Shown here piece by piece: positions 12,395 to 23,169 of a stretch of 36,998 nucleotides of DNA; the stretch's first letter is position 1, and each line of letters opens with the position of its first letter. Source of the stretch: Octopus bimaculoides (lineage: Eukaryota); assembly GCF_001194135.2 (NCBI RefSeq), contig NC_068990.1, positions 48,504,977-48,541,974 on the forward strand. Direction: 5' to 3'. The notes under the pieces are model-generated. The model did not search any database, was not told where the DNA came from, and was given only the letters and a program-made list of their open reading frames with translations. The position numbers and the translations under genes are program-made.

Positions 12395-13066
12395 GCCTCA
12401 CCAAGGCAATGACTAGTGACAGAGACCTTTAGAAATATGCAGTGTGTGAGAGAAGACCCAGAAAGCAAAGTGAGGCCATAACCCGTGGCCTATGCCAGGG
12501 GTGTAACCAGCCCACTTATGCGTACCTTTCCTTCATTGGACACTAAACTCTGCTTGCAAAGACCTGCTGAGGCAAGTGAAATCAAAATCAAATCAAATTC
12601 ACAAATTCGATGATTGGCACCTGTGCCAGTGGAGCGCTAAGAGCACCATCCAAGCATGATTGCTGCCAGAGCAGCTGACTGGCTTCCATGCCGGTGGCAC
12701 ATAAAAAGCACCATTCGAATATGATCATTACCAGCATCACCTTACTGGCACTTGTGCCAGTGGCATGTGAAAATACAATCATTGCCAGTGCCACTGGACT
12801 GGCTCCTGTGCAGGTGGCACATAAAAAACACCACTTGAGTGTGGCCATTGCCAGTACCACTTGACTGGCCCTTGTGCTGGTGGCACGTAAAAGCACCCAC
12901 TACACTCTTGGAGTGGTTGGCGTTAGGAAGGGCATCCAGCTGTAGAAACTCTGCCAGATCAGATTGGAGCCTGGTGCAGCCATCTGGTTCACCAGTCCTC
13001 AGTCAAATCGTCCAACCCATGCTAGCATGGAAAGCGGACGTTAAACGATGATGATGATGATGATGA
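12395..13066 (+). mobile_element. 5'-truncated RTE LINE: last ORF codons, 3' UTR with tandem repeats, (GAT)n tail
   Basis: 12395-12460 reads LTKAMTSDRDL*KYAV (the DRxxW motif, with W changed to stop). Tandem units of about 66 bp at 12616-12900; tail ggttggcgttaggaagggcatccagc...cggacgttaaac(gat)n. Confidence 0.8.
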
Positions 13067-13698
13067 CAGGTGGTGGGAAGTTATTAAATTGACTAAATCA
13101 TTTTCTAAAAAATTGTGTGATTTTATAACCATGTGAGAAATCCTACAGCAAATTTTAGATCAGGTTTATTGTAGGAGATAGAGAGGTTTACTGCACACAA
13201 CTTCAAAGGTAGATCACACAAAAGGTATGAATGTTGGGAAATCATAACAGAAGAAATTAAACAGAAATGTGTAGTCAGAAAGAAGACTAAGAAAGGAATT
13301 TTTAGCTAAGATTAAATCAGAATATAGAATGTTCTTGAATGTGGTAAATGTGAACATATGCAGTATTCATGGTAGGAAAATAAGCTGTGAAAAAATATCA
13401 AAATGCCCTTAAGGAATATTGTATTAATATGTTGGTGGTGATGGTAATGATGGTAGGTGAACTCTAATGTATGCAGCTATTAGAGCTGATGGCAAATAAT
13501 GGTAATTTATGTTTTAGCTTTCTTTCAAGACATTTACACCTGCTAGTGCATGTGAATTCTACTGCTAAAAGTAGGAAAACCTGAGAAAACCCTACTACCT
13601 TGAAAGAGGAAGAACACATTGAATAATGTGTGTGTGTGTGTGTGTGTGAATAGTCATTTCTAAATTACAAGTAGCCACCTTAATAATTCATGTATATA

Positions 13699-14629
13699 TT
13701 GGGTCATCCCATAAATAATGTGTTTTTTTTATACTTCTTTTATTTTTCAAAATTAAGATAAACAAAGTTCTTTTTTTATTGAAAATATTCTCTGTTTTAT
13801 TTCCTACAATGTTCTTCCTTCTATCTGGTAGACTTGCAAGGCCCCTCTTCCAAAATTCATGTGTCCATGATGAAAAGTACGCCTCCAGTACTGTCCTAAC
13901 CTCGTCTGCAATATTTTTTCTGTCCAAATGATTTTGAAGACTGCAAAATAAATGATAATTAAATGGGGCAATGTCCAGCAAATATAATGTGTGGAGCATT
14001 GTTTCCCACTGAAATTGCTCCAGGCTTTGGACTGTCATCCTCGCTGTGTGTGGCCAAGCATTATCCTGATGGAAGAACACCTTTCATCTTGAAACCAAAG
14101 ATGGTCATTTTTCTTCTGGCGCTGACTTGAATGACTGGTTGAATGACCAAATCCAAGTCTCTCTGCTAGTTTTTCAACAGTTACAATGAGATTTTGTTCC
14201 ACCAGAGTTTGCAGGACATGCTCGTCAAACTCTACAGATCTTCCAGGACAAGGCTCATCTTCTAGGCTGTAGTTTCTAGCTCAGAATTTCTGAGTTGACA
14301 CTGCCCTACACTTATTGTTCGATCCCCAAATACTGCATTAATATTCCTCACACTTTCCATTGCAGTGTTGCCTCTATTGAACTCATGAAGCAAAATATGC
14401 CAAACATGCTCCTTTGTCACTTCCATTATAGCTTTGAAAAAATAACTGTTAAAATCGAACTGCACTCTTCAAAACTTGCACTAAGAATAAGTACAAAGTA
14501 AAATTACTGCTGGCTCTAATAGCAAGTTGATGCAGGTAGTTTATCCCATGCCAACGTTTGGTTCATTGCAATTGAAAAAAACTGCATTCTTTGCATTCTT
14601 CATTGCAATTGAAAAAAACTGCATGGGAT
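13699..14629 (-). mobile_element. Internally deleted mariner (D,D34D-type) transposon, non-autonomous
   Basis: ATG at 14426 gives MEVTKEHVWHILLHEFNRGNTAMESVRNINAVFGDRTISVGQCQ, then after a frameshift SLEDEPCPGRSVEFDEHVLQTLVEQN...GFGHST (HTH region). This joins at about 14129 to VFFHQDNAWPH...LLDIAPFNYHLF...LPDR. Left TIR ttgggtcatcccataaataatg follows TA at 13697-13698; right TIR remnant aaaaaaactgcat-gggat at about 14612-14629. Confidence 0.9.
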
Positions 14630-14640
14630 AGATGGATCAA

Positions 14641-14642
14641 TG

Positions 14643-14700
<58 letters not shown>

Positions 14701-14712
14701 CAGATAGATAGA
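14641..14712. repeat. (GATA)n microsatellite abutting the mariner end
   Basis: Direct reading. Confidence 0.95.
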
Positions 14713-15069
14713 TATACATACACACACAAACACACACACTCACACACATATATATACTGTATAGAGCGCTTGAAAGTGAGAACAGATGGTCATGGATAGA
14801 ATGACTTTCATTATAGGTGTCTGATCATGGTTAACTGGGACTAAACAACAACAATGAAGTTTAAAGATCTCCTAAGCCCTAAAGGGATTTCAATAGCTAG
14901 TGATTGGCTTTGGCTTTATAGTTTTAAATAAATAAGAAATATATCAACTCCTAAATAGAACAGAGATCCATCACAAGTTCACTTCTTCCAAAGAACATCG
15001 TGGAATTGAACTCAAGATCTATGTTTCTGCAGTTCAATCTCATAAGCATTTAGTTATTTTCTTTCTACA

Positions 15070-15200
15070 TAGGCATTAGCTTGACTGTGTAAGAACCACG
15101 TGGTCTTGGGTTCAATTACACTGCATGATACTACTATAATTTCAAGTTGATAAGTGCCTTGTGAGTGAAATTTGATTAAAGGGAAGCCTGTCATATGGAT
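15070..15200 (+). mobile_element. Degenerate family B SINE 5' fragment
   Basis: ccacgtggtcttgggttcaattacactgc ... gccttgtgagtgaaatttg. Confidence 0.6.
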
Positions 15201-15224
15201 GGAAGGCTATATGGTAACAACATT

Positions 15225-15324
15225 CATTTCACAATCACTTGGTTTCAGGTTTAGTCTCACTGCTCAACAATACCTTGTGAATGAATTTGGTTGACAGGAA
15301 CTCTGTGTGTGTGTGTGTGTGTGT

Positions 15325-15402
<78 letters not shown>

Positions 15403-15670
15403 CTCTCTCTCTCTCTCTCTCAATACTTGATTTCACAACCAGTGTAGGTTTGTTTACATCTCCATATGTGTGTGTTTGTCTTTACATTGAAACCACTTGA
15501 GCAGCAGTAGTGTTTCCTCGTGTCCTACTGATTGTGGTTTTGATATGCAAAGAGCAATGCAATAAAGCACCTTACTTGAAGAACAAAGGTTGGCATCAGA
15601 AAGGGTATCAGACCATAGAATACTGCCTCAAAAATTCTCATGTAACCCAAGCTAACATGGAAAAAGTCAG
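15225..15670 (+). mobile_element. Degenerate CORE-type SINE with long internal (GT)n(CT)n and an RTE-like tail
   Basis: cacttggtttcaggtttagtctcactgc head; (GT)n 15303-15398; ggttggcatcagaaagggtatcagaccatagaa...aacccaagctaacatggaaaa tail. Confidence 0.55.
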
Positions 15671-16109
15671 GAGTAGGATTCATATATATATATATATACA
15701 AAATTTACAACTCGTACATTTATGAAAGACAAATGTAACCATGGACATGTTGGGCATTGCTTCTGATGAATGGAAAACATTTTGTTGGCAGGTGGAATCA
15801 GGTAATAATGCCAATCTTTGGAGTTGGGCATATAAATGATGAGAATGATAAAGATATGCTGGTATTCAGCATTTATAAGATCAAAGGTAAAAATGAAATT
15901 TATTAACTATTACCATGCTTCAGTGAACACTATAAAATTTGAACTTCAGTAAAAGATGCAACACCTGGCAAAAACAGAGTACATTGTAAAGTTTCTCACA
16001 TTAACACAACTAATCCATTATTTCCATTAATATTTGCAATAAACTGTTTGTATTTTTAGTTGGAAAGGTTGATGATCTACACATGGTATGCGTAAGACCA
16101 AGCAAAGTT

Positions 16110-16316
16110 TTTTGAAAAAGACTAGCTGTTGCTCCTGCATTCAGGTTTCCCCCTCTCTATGCCACCAATGTTTACCCAAGAGAAAGCCTGCTGACTTGGA
16201 CAGATGCAGCTTAGCAACAGTGTAGTTGTAAGTGTTGCTATCAGAAAACAAAGAGCCAAGTCAGATACCACAAGGCATCTTACCCAACTCTCTAACAGTT
16301 CCATTAATTCACCACC
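16110..16316 (-). mobile_element. SINE with a family A-like head and a different body
   Basis: The reverse complement begins ggtggtgaattaatggaactgttagagagttgggtaagatgccttgtggtatc (A-type head), then runs into a body (gtcagcaggctttctcttgggtaaacattggtggc) not seen in other A copies. Confidence 0.5.
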
Positions 16317-16455
16317 CTGTATTGGTACCTTTTATTGATCTTGAAAGGATGAAAAGCAAAAGTTGACCTCTATAGGATTTGAACTCAGAGTGCAGGGAGT
16401 CAAAACAATTACAACAAAGCATTTCATAAAACATTCAAATAACACTGCTAATTAA
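16317..16455 (-). mobile_element. Family A SINE fragment
   Basis: gaaaggatgaaaagcaaaagttgacctctataggatttgaactcagagtg. Confidence 0.7.
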
Positions 16456-17639
16456 GATGCTGATACACTGCAAACTTGTCCAACTCATGACACCATAAAA
16501 ATATCACCATCACTGTTGCTGCTGATGACAATATTAACTTTGATGACATCACTGAAATCACTGATGAAGTTCCACAATTCAAGACTTGATGTTAATGAGG
16601 TTTTTGAGATTTTTCTTCTTTTTATAAAAGCTGACCTAATTAAATTCATTGCAAATTTAACATGTGACTTTTAAAAGGCAAAGCTTAACTTGTTCTTTCA
16701 TTATTAATGGAGGTTTTTTCTTTCTTTTTTTTATCCATTAGTAAAAAAACAAAATTTGCAATTAAGTAAAATTTTGAAGTTGATACACAGGCAGAGAAAG
16801 GTATTTCTTTGTATAACAAAAAGTAATGACATATTTATCTCAGTTTAGTTTTTTAAGATGTTCTACACATCTGGATCTTGAAAAATAACAGCCTCAAAAA
16901 TACCCTTAGAAATGTGAGTAATAGAATTTGGAAAATAAAGAATTGGTCAATAGGAATATTCCCCTCTTTCTGTAGAGAATAAATAATAGCTTATAAATAC
17001 CCGAAAAGTCATGAAATCATTTTAATTCATGAATTTAAAAAGTCAACATTTAAAAAAATGAGATCAGACAAGTACATTTATAAAAACTAACAAGTAATTA
17101 TCCGCAAAATATATCTTGTATTAACTATAAATATCATGAAGTGAAATGACAAAGCAATGAAAATAACTCAGTAGATTATTCATCATATCTGCAGTATAAC
17201 TTGGAAAGAAAGCATGTATTATTAACTCCATAGCATATCATTGTGAGCCACTTTATGTCTTTGACTTCAAATCAGTTATAACTTGTCCAAGTCTGCAGAA
17301 CATAATGTAAAATAGACAAATCTGAATATGTTTCAGTTTGTAGACTAAATTTCATTTTAAAGCAGAATTAGTCGATTATTCAAATATTTATTATTTGACA
17401 TGACATAGAAATAAGCTGGCAGTGCAATATTGTTTTTTACTAGTAACAAAGTAGAGAGCCAATTTTCAAGTTCTCACTTTAGTCAACTTTTATTTTCTTA
17501 TGGTTAATTAAAAAAAGTACAAGGTATTGGGAGGTGGGGTGCAACTAAAGTAGCACTTCTACAATTTTTTATAGTGGATAACAAAAGACAAGAAAAATAG
17601 TTTTAACAAAATTAGTGCAATATAACTATTTCTTGCTTT

Positions 17640-17776
17640 AAGCATAGTTGTGTGGATAAGAAGTTTACTAGGGTTTCATGTTCAATTCCTTGGCAAGTGT
17701 CTTCTATCATAGCTTAGGGGTTGACCAAAGCCTAGTGAGTGAAATTTGGTAGATGAAAACTGAATGGAAACCCACT
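17640..17776 (+). mobile_element. Family B CORE SINE 5' half
   Basis: gttgtgtggataagaagttt ... ccttggcaagtgtcttctatcatagc ... gaccaaagcctagtgagtgaaatttggtagatgaaaactgaa. Confidence 0.75.
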
Positions 17777-18479
17777 GAAGGAACCATTTTTGTCCTTGAG
17801 TGATAAACTTAATGTACCACCTGATTAAATGTAACCAACCAGCCCCTCAGCTCCTTTATCAGAGTTTTTCACACCAGGTCTCCAATCTCAAAATAACTAC
17901 TTCTCACCAATCTTGGAGATCTTAGAGAAGGTCATGGATGTTACCCTTCTTCTTTTGAATAAGTATTTTGTTTTTATTTTAACAATGTCTTTAGACTGGA
18001 GTAAACAATATAAAGGCTTAATCCCTAATTGCCAAGGAAAATACTCATTGAGGTGTGGATACTCTGTGTTTGGGGTATTTAATCTGGGATAGATACTAAT
18101 GTGAATGCATGCATGAACACACACACACACACACCAGCCATTGCATGCAGGTTACAAACAGAATTAGAGTTTGGATAAAATACTGAGATGGCTTATAGAT
18201 TTTATTATGAATAAGGCTGATGATATCGAACCTATCCCCACAGCTAGGTAAACTGAAGTAATGTGGAACGTAGTGTTCTGCCTAGAAATACAATAAAATG
18301 CTTGCAACAGATTTTGAACTCACAATCCATAAGTCAAGTAATAGAATGTCTTATCCAGTTAGAAGCACTCCTTTACACACAGAAAACAGAAAACAGCAAG
18401 TTAAACATTTCTCTTTTTACATAACTATATCTGATTTGCTATATGTGTTATATTACTATAGAGACTTCAGGAAATAACT

Positions 18480-18594
18480 ATTTCTGTTGAAATAAAATAA
18501 AAGGCAAAGTTGACTTCAATGGGATTTGAGCTCAAAGTACCAACTGTCAGAACAAATACCACAACACATACCAATACTGCAACAACTCTGTCAA

Positions 18595-18627
<33 letters not shown>

Positions 18628-18782
18628 AAAGGCTTCTGCACAGATTTTGTCTACCAAACTTCACTCACAAGATACTGGTTGAAGATCCTTGTTCATTCAA
18701 AGTATCCATATAGTGGGAGTGAATATGAAACCGTATGGTTGCAAATTAAACTTCTTAACTATACAGTCATGCTTGCACCCAT
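18480..18782 (-). mobile_element. Adjacent family A fragment (18480-18597) and family B 5' half (18596-18782)
   Basis: aaaggcaaagttgacttcaatgggatttgagctc, then (CA)n, then gtctaccaaacttcactcacaag...agtgggagtgaatatgaaaccgtatggttg. Confidence 0.65.
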
Positions 18783-19305
18783 GTCTTTAATTACAACAAT
18801 ACTAATGCCAATAGATTTACAAGAGCCTCTTCTTATGTAACTTTACTATTTATAGCTCATAATGTATTTCGTACACCAAGGTGCTAAATTTGGCATCTTA
18901 CCAACTTTGGCATCAGCATCTAATAAGGTAGAAAAGAATTACAACAGATAAATGCTGGTGGAGGAACAAAAAGAATATTAAACATCAGATGATATTCCTT
19001 AGCGTTTAGTAGCATCATCTACATTCTGATTTCAAATTTTACTAGGACCAACTTTCATTATTATCCCTCCAGTGTCAATGAAATAAGAAACAAACATATA
19101 CAAGAGCTGACTTAATTAATCAAACCCTTCTCTTGCAAATTTGTGATATTGTGCAAACATAAGGAATCAATACTGATGTAGGCAAAAAATACTTGTTTTG
19201 GTCACAGACAAGATTTCACACTACACATGATTTTTTTATGAATTTTAAGGAAATAGAATTGATATACTGTGAAAATATTTAACATAGTTTACTGACAGAT
19301 ATAGT

Positions 19306-19319
19306 GTTGCTATGGTAAC
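19306..19319. promoter_or_regulatory. RFX X-box motif GTTGCTATGGTAAC
   Basis: Near-palindromic 14-mer matching the strong X-box GTTGCYATGGYAAC, in non-repetitive sequence. Function is untested. Confidence 0.45.
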
Positions 19320-19569
19320 ATATTAGCCTTTGTCAGACATTAATATTGATTGTCCAAGATGGCTGTGATATGTGTGCATTCCTTTAATCAGTAGTAGTTT
19401 AATATGACAGACTATTAAGCAATATATTTCCTAATTATTCAACATATAGTAGTTATGGGTTAGTTCTTTATTATTTATGATAGCTACATAATTTGATGAT
19501 GGAACAATCTTTCAATATACTTTCTTCTAAAAATTATACCTTGTTATAAGTGGGTTGTTGGTAGTCTCT

Positions 19570-19790
19570 TGAGTGCAAGACAGATGATTCTGCAAGTTCT
19601 TGCTAAACAACCTGCACAGATAATTCATTTATAGTGACCATATGTTTGTGCTATACATGAGCTCACTGCCTCCATCAAATTGACATTGCATGTATAGAGG
19701 CTGGTGTACTACACAACATACCACTCTGTCTGACAACAATGGCATGATCACAAGTGCAACACCCAAATCACTAGGTCATGCTCCCTCACT
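19570..19790 (-). mobile_element. Degenerate tRNA-derived SINE (family E)
   Basis: tttatagtgaccatatgtttgtgctatacatgagctcactgcctccatca is shared with 36585-36805; head remnant gtgcaacacccaaatcactaggtcatgc. Confidence 0.55.
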
Positions 19791-20134
19791 ATAACTGGGT
19801 AAACAACTCATAAAAGAAGAATAAAGTCCATGACTAATAAGATGGAAATCCAAACCTAATATGTGCTAAAATGAAGGAGTACAAACTTACAACTTCTTGA
19901 AGTTGCAGGTGAACTTTTATAACTATTTAAATAAATAAGGCCCTGAGTAAAAAGCATATTTAAAAATTGCAAGTAATTGAAATGTTTAAAAATCAGAAAG
20001 ACAGTACCAGACACTATTACCCAAACCTATTCAACCTACAGTTGAATAGAAAAACAAAAAAAGTTTATAATCCACTAAAATATTATTACCAAATATATGA
20101 GCTAAATATTTTCTTTTCAGTTTATTAATAGTTG

Positions 20135-20500
20135 CTCCTAATTTAGGCACAAGGTTATCAATTAAAACAACCCCAGAGATGAAAGAAAAGTTTACTTCAG
20201 TGGAATTTGAACTCAGAATGTAAAGAGCTGAAAGAAATAACAACATTTTTTTAATTGATGCTCTAACAATTCTGTCAGTTCATTAAGGCCTTCAATTTTA
20301 TTTATTTATTTTTTTTTAATCTAGAGGAAGTAGTCACTCAATACTATTGACTCTGGTACTTGATTGCTACTTTGTTTTATCAGACTCAGAAAGATGAAAG
20401 GTGAAACAGACCTCAGCAGAATTCTAATTCATATGTAAAGCCACAAGAAATATCACAAGGCAATTTTTTCAAAGGTCTAACAAATCTGCCAGCTCACTAT
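20135..20500 (-). mobile_element. Two tandem degenerate family A SINEs (20135-20285, 20325-20500)
   Basis: Each has a gatgaaag..aa..t..acctcag..gaatt block and a ctaacaa.tctg(t/c)cag.tca head. Confidence 0.65.
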
Positions 20501-20711
20501 ATTTGTTTTATTTGTTTATCAATAATTAAAAAGAAATTCTATTAGTTAATATACTTTTTCAGTTTTCCAACACAATTAGATCAAACTAAAGATTTTAAGT
20601 AAAAAATTCTACAAAGAATATATTTAGAAATTGATGAATCATTTGCCACATTCTATAAAAGTGAGAGGGTTTCCAACATGAAAACAACTATTTAACTGAA
20701 ATGCAACTTTT

Positions 20712-20915
20712 ATCTTTTACTTGTTTCAATCACTGGACTAGAGCCATGCTGGTGCACCACATTCAAGGGTTTAGTAAAACGAATCAAGCCCAGTACTTAT
20801 TTTTTAAGTCTGTTACTTAACTCTTTCTTTTGCCTCTTTTGCCAAACCACTAAGTTATGGCCATGTAAACAAACCTACACAGTGGGAGGGTGGACAAACA
20901 CAGGCATGCACACAC
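20712..20915 (-). mobile_element. Family B SINE 3' half
   Basis: cttttacttgtttcaatcactggactagagccatgctggtgcacc...cttttgccaaaccactaagttatgg, as in 25122-25300. Confidence 0.75.
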
Positions 20916-20950
20916 AAAAATATATGTATCTTAATATATAAAACAGAGTT

Positions 20951-20988
<38 letters not shown>

Positions 20989-21244
20989 CGGGCATATGTT
21001 CCTTAGAGATTCGATAACTGAGTTGCTGATTTTGACAAATGAGGTATCAAAAAATTCAGTAACCTTTCAGCTACCAAATTATGTATGTTTGCACAACAAC
21101 ACTTTTTTACTACAAAAAATAACTTCATATATGAGGTCGGGTGGCACAGTTTTGAGGTCTTTAGCTAAGGGAGAAAACTCTGCCAGACACACTACTCAAT
21201 TTGACAACAAATGTAAACACACACATGCATGCACACACATGCCA

Positions 21245-21395
21245 GGTGCAAGAATGACTGTGTGATTAAGAAGTTTGTTTCCCAACCACATGTTTCTACA
21301 TTCAGTTCCTCTGCATAGCACCATGGGTAAGAGCTTTGGCTCTAGGTCAACCGCAGACTTGTGACTGAATTTGGTACACTGAAACTGCAGTGTTG
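21245..21395 (+). mobile_element. Family B SINE 5' half
   Basis: gactgtgtgattaagaagtttgtttcccaaccacatg...gcaccatgggtaag. Confidence 0.65.
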
Positions 21396-21551
21396 TTCAT
21401 GAGAAAATGGCCCAAAAACATGTTTATAAAGAAGAGCTGTTTGCTTCATACTTCTGATGTGCCAATTCTGCCCATAAAAAAGGAACAAATAATACAACGT
21501 GGCTGTAGGTAGGTCATAACACCCGGGCAATGCCAGGGTGCATTGCTAGTG

Positions 21552-21561
21552 TGTATGTATG

Positions 21562-21621
<60 letters not shown>

Positions 21622-21810
21622 GGGCTTCCATTCAGTTTCTATCTACCAAATTAAATCACAAGGCATTGGTCAGCCTGGGGCTATAGTAAATTTAAGGCAG
21701 ATTTTCACGAGATTCTGCATCTTCAGCATCTTCACCAATTTTTTTCCTACATCTATCTTGGGTCTGCTTCTACAGGTTCCATCACCTTTTGATAACTAAC
21801 ATCATCCATA
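21552..21810 (-). mobile_element. Family B SINE fragment (21552-21690) next to a very degenerate RTE C-terminal remnant (21695-21810)
   Basis: (CA)n then gggcttccattcagtttctatctaccaaatt...ggggctatagta. The next segment on the minus strand reads GDGTCRSRPK, like RTE GxCGRGRPK. Confidence 0.5.
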
Positions 21811-22104
21811 TGAATCATATGCCTATATTAGTGCAGTGAACAATTCCTCAACAGGTGGAAAAAAGAAAATAGTGAGGTCATGATGGGAGTGGTTATAACT
21901 AGGTTTAGTTTGGTTTGGTGTTTGCAGAGATAACAGGGGGATAAAAAGCATGCCATGATATAGGCCAAAAGAGTACAGATATACTCTGGTATCATTAATG
22001 CTGTGAAATACTACATATGGAAGAAAAACTGTTGAAGGTACTGTAATTATTGTGATCTTTAATTGACAGCATATGAAGGGATAACCTCACAATACAAACA
22101 GTAT

Positions 22105-23125
22105 ATTATTATCATCATCATCATCATCATTTAATGTCTTCCATGTGGCATACGATGGACAGTTTGACAGGAGCTGGCAAGGCCAGGAGCCTTACCAGGC
22201 TCCATTGTCTGTTTTGGGATTGTTTTCCATAGCTGGATGACCTTCCTAATATCACCCACTTTACAGAGTGTACTGGGTGTTTTCTATGTGGCACTATTAC
22301 CGACAGGGTCACCAAGTAACTTGCAAGACAAAAATCCCTCAACTAAAAGTGGGGAGTAGTATTGAGCAGGGTGGCTTTATGCCAGTCAATGAGAAATTAA
22401 AGGTATAGAGGGACAGAGATAGATGTCTTGCTGTAGAGTAGAAACATGAATACCCAAATTGGAAGAGAAAGTTAGAGAGTAAGATAAGGAGAGTGGGTTA
22501 GTCAGATATGATAAACAGAATGATAGTAAGAGAGATGATGGTGAAGATATATCAAGACATACCCTTGGTGGTACATTGGGAGAGTGGAGGCGCAATGGCC
22601 CAGTGGTTAGGGCAGCGAACTCGTGGTCATAGGATCGTGGTTTCGATTCCCAAACCGGGTGTTGTGAGTGTTTATTGAGCGAAAACACCTAAAGCTCCAT
22701 GAGGCTCCAGCAGGGGATGGTGGTGAACCCTGCTGTACTCTTTCACCACAACTTTCTCTCACTCTTACTTCTTGTTTCTGTTGTGCCTGTAATTCAAAGG
22801 GTCAGCCTTGTCACACTGAATATCCCCAAGAACTACATTAAGGGTACACGTGCCTGTGGAGTGCTCAGCCACTTACACGTTAATTTCACGAGCAGGCTGT
22901 TCCGTTGATCGGATCAACAGGAACCCTCGACATCGTAAGCGAAGGAGTGCCAACACACACACACACATTGGGAGTGATGAGAATAAGTAAGGTGGTACAG
23001 AGGTTTGAATAGGAAAGAGGTGACTGCAGTAAATCATGGAGAGAAATGTAAGAGAGGCCCAGGGCCGAGGGGTTGCAGTAGATATGTGAAGTCATTGAGG
23101 GTGATAGCAGATAAGTGAGGTGTTA
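22105..23125 (-). mobile_element. Family D retroelement, interrupted by a younger SINE
   Basis: (ATC)n tail, RTE-type tail, and blocks shared with 9452-10230; homology resumes after 22965. Confidence 0.65.
22586..22964 (+). mobile_element. Young full-length tRNA-derived SINE (family C) with TSD
   Basis: A-box tggcccagtgg, B-box ggtttcgattccc, 3' end ggaaccctcgacatcgtaagcgaaggagtgcc(aac/ac)n. Direct repeat acattgggag at 22573-22582 and 22965-22974. Confidence 0.88.
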
Positions 23126-23169
23126 ATGATGGATATAGATATGTGTGTGTGTGTATGTGCATATATATA

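Noticed and set aside
12565-12582. ctgctgaggcaagtgaaa hammerhead-like string
   Set aside because: A6 is not conserved, there is no stem II, and no compatible stems I and III.
22586-22660. Possible tRNA gene
   Set aside because: A and B boxes continue into a SINE body and tail with a TSD; no closed acceptor stem.
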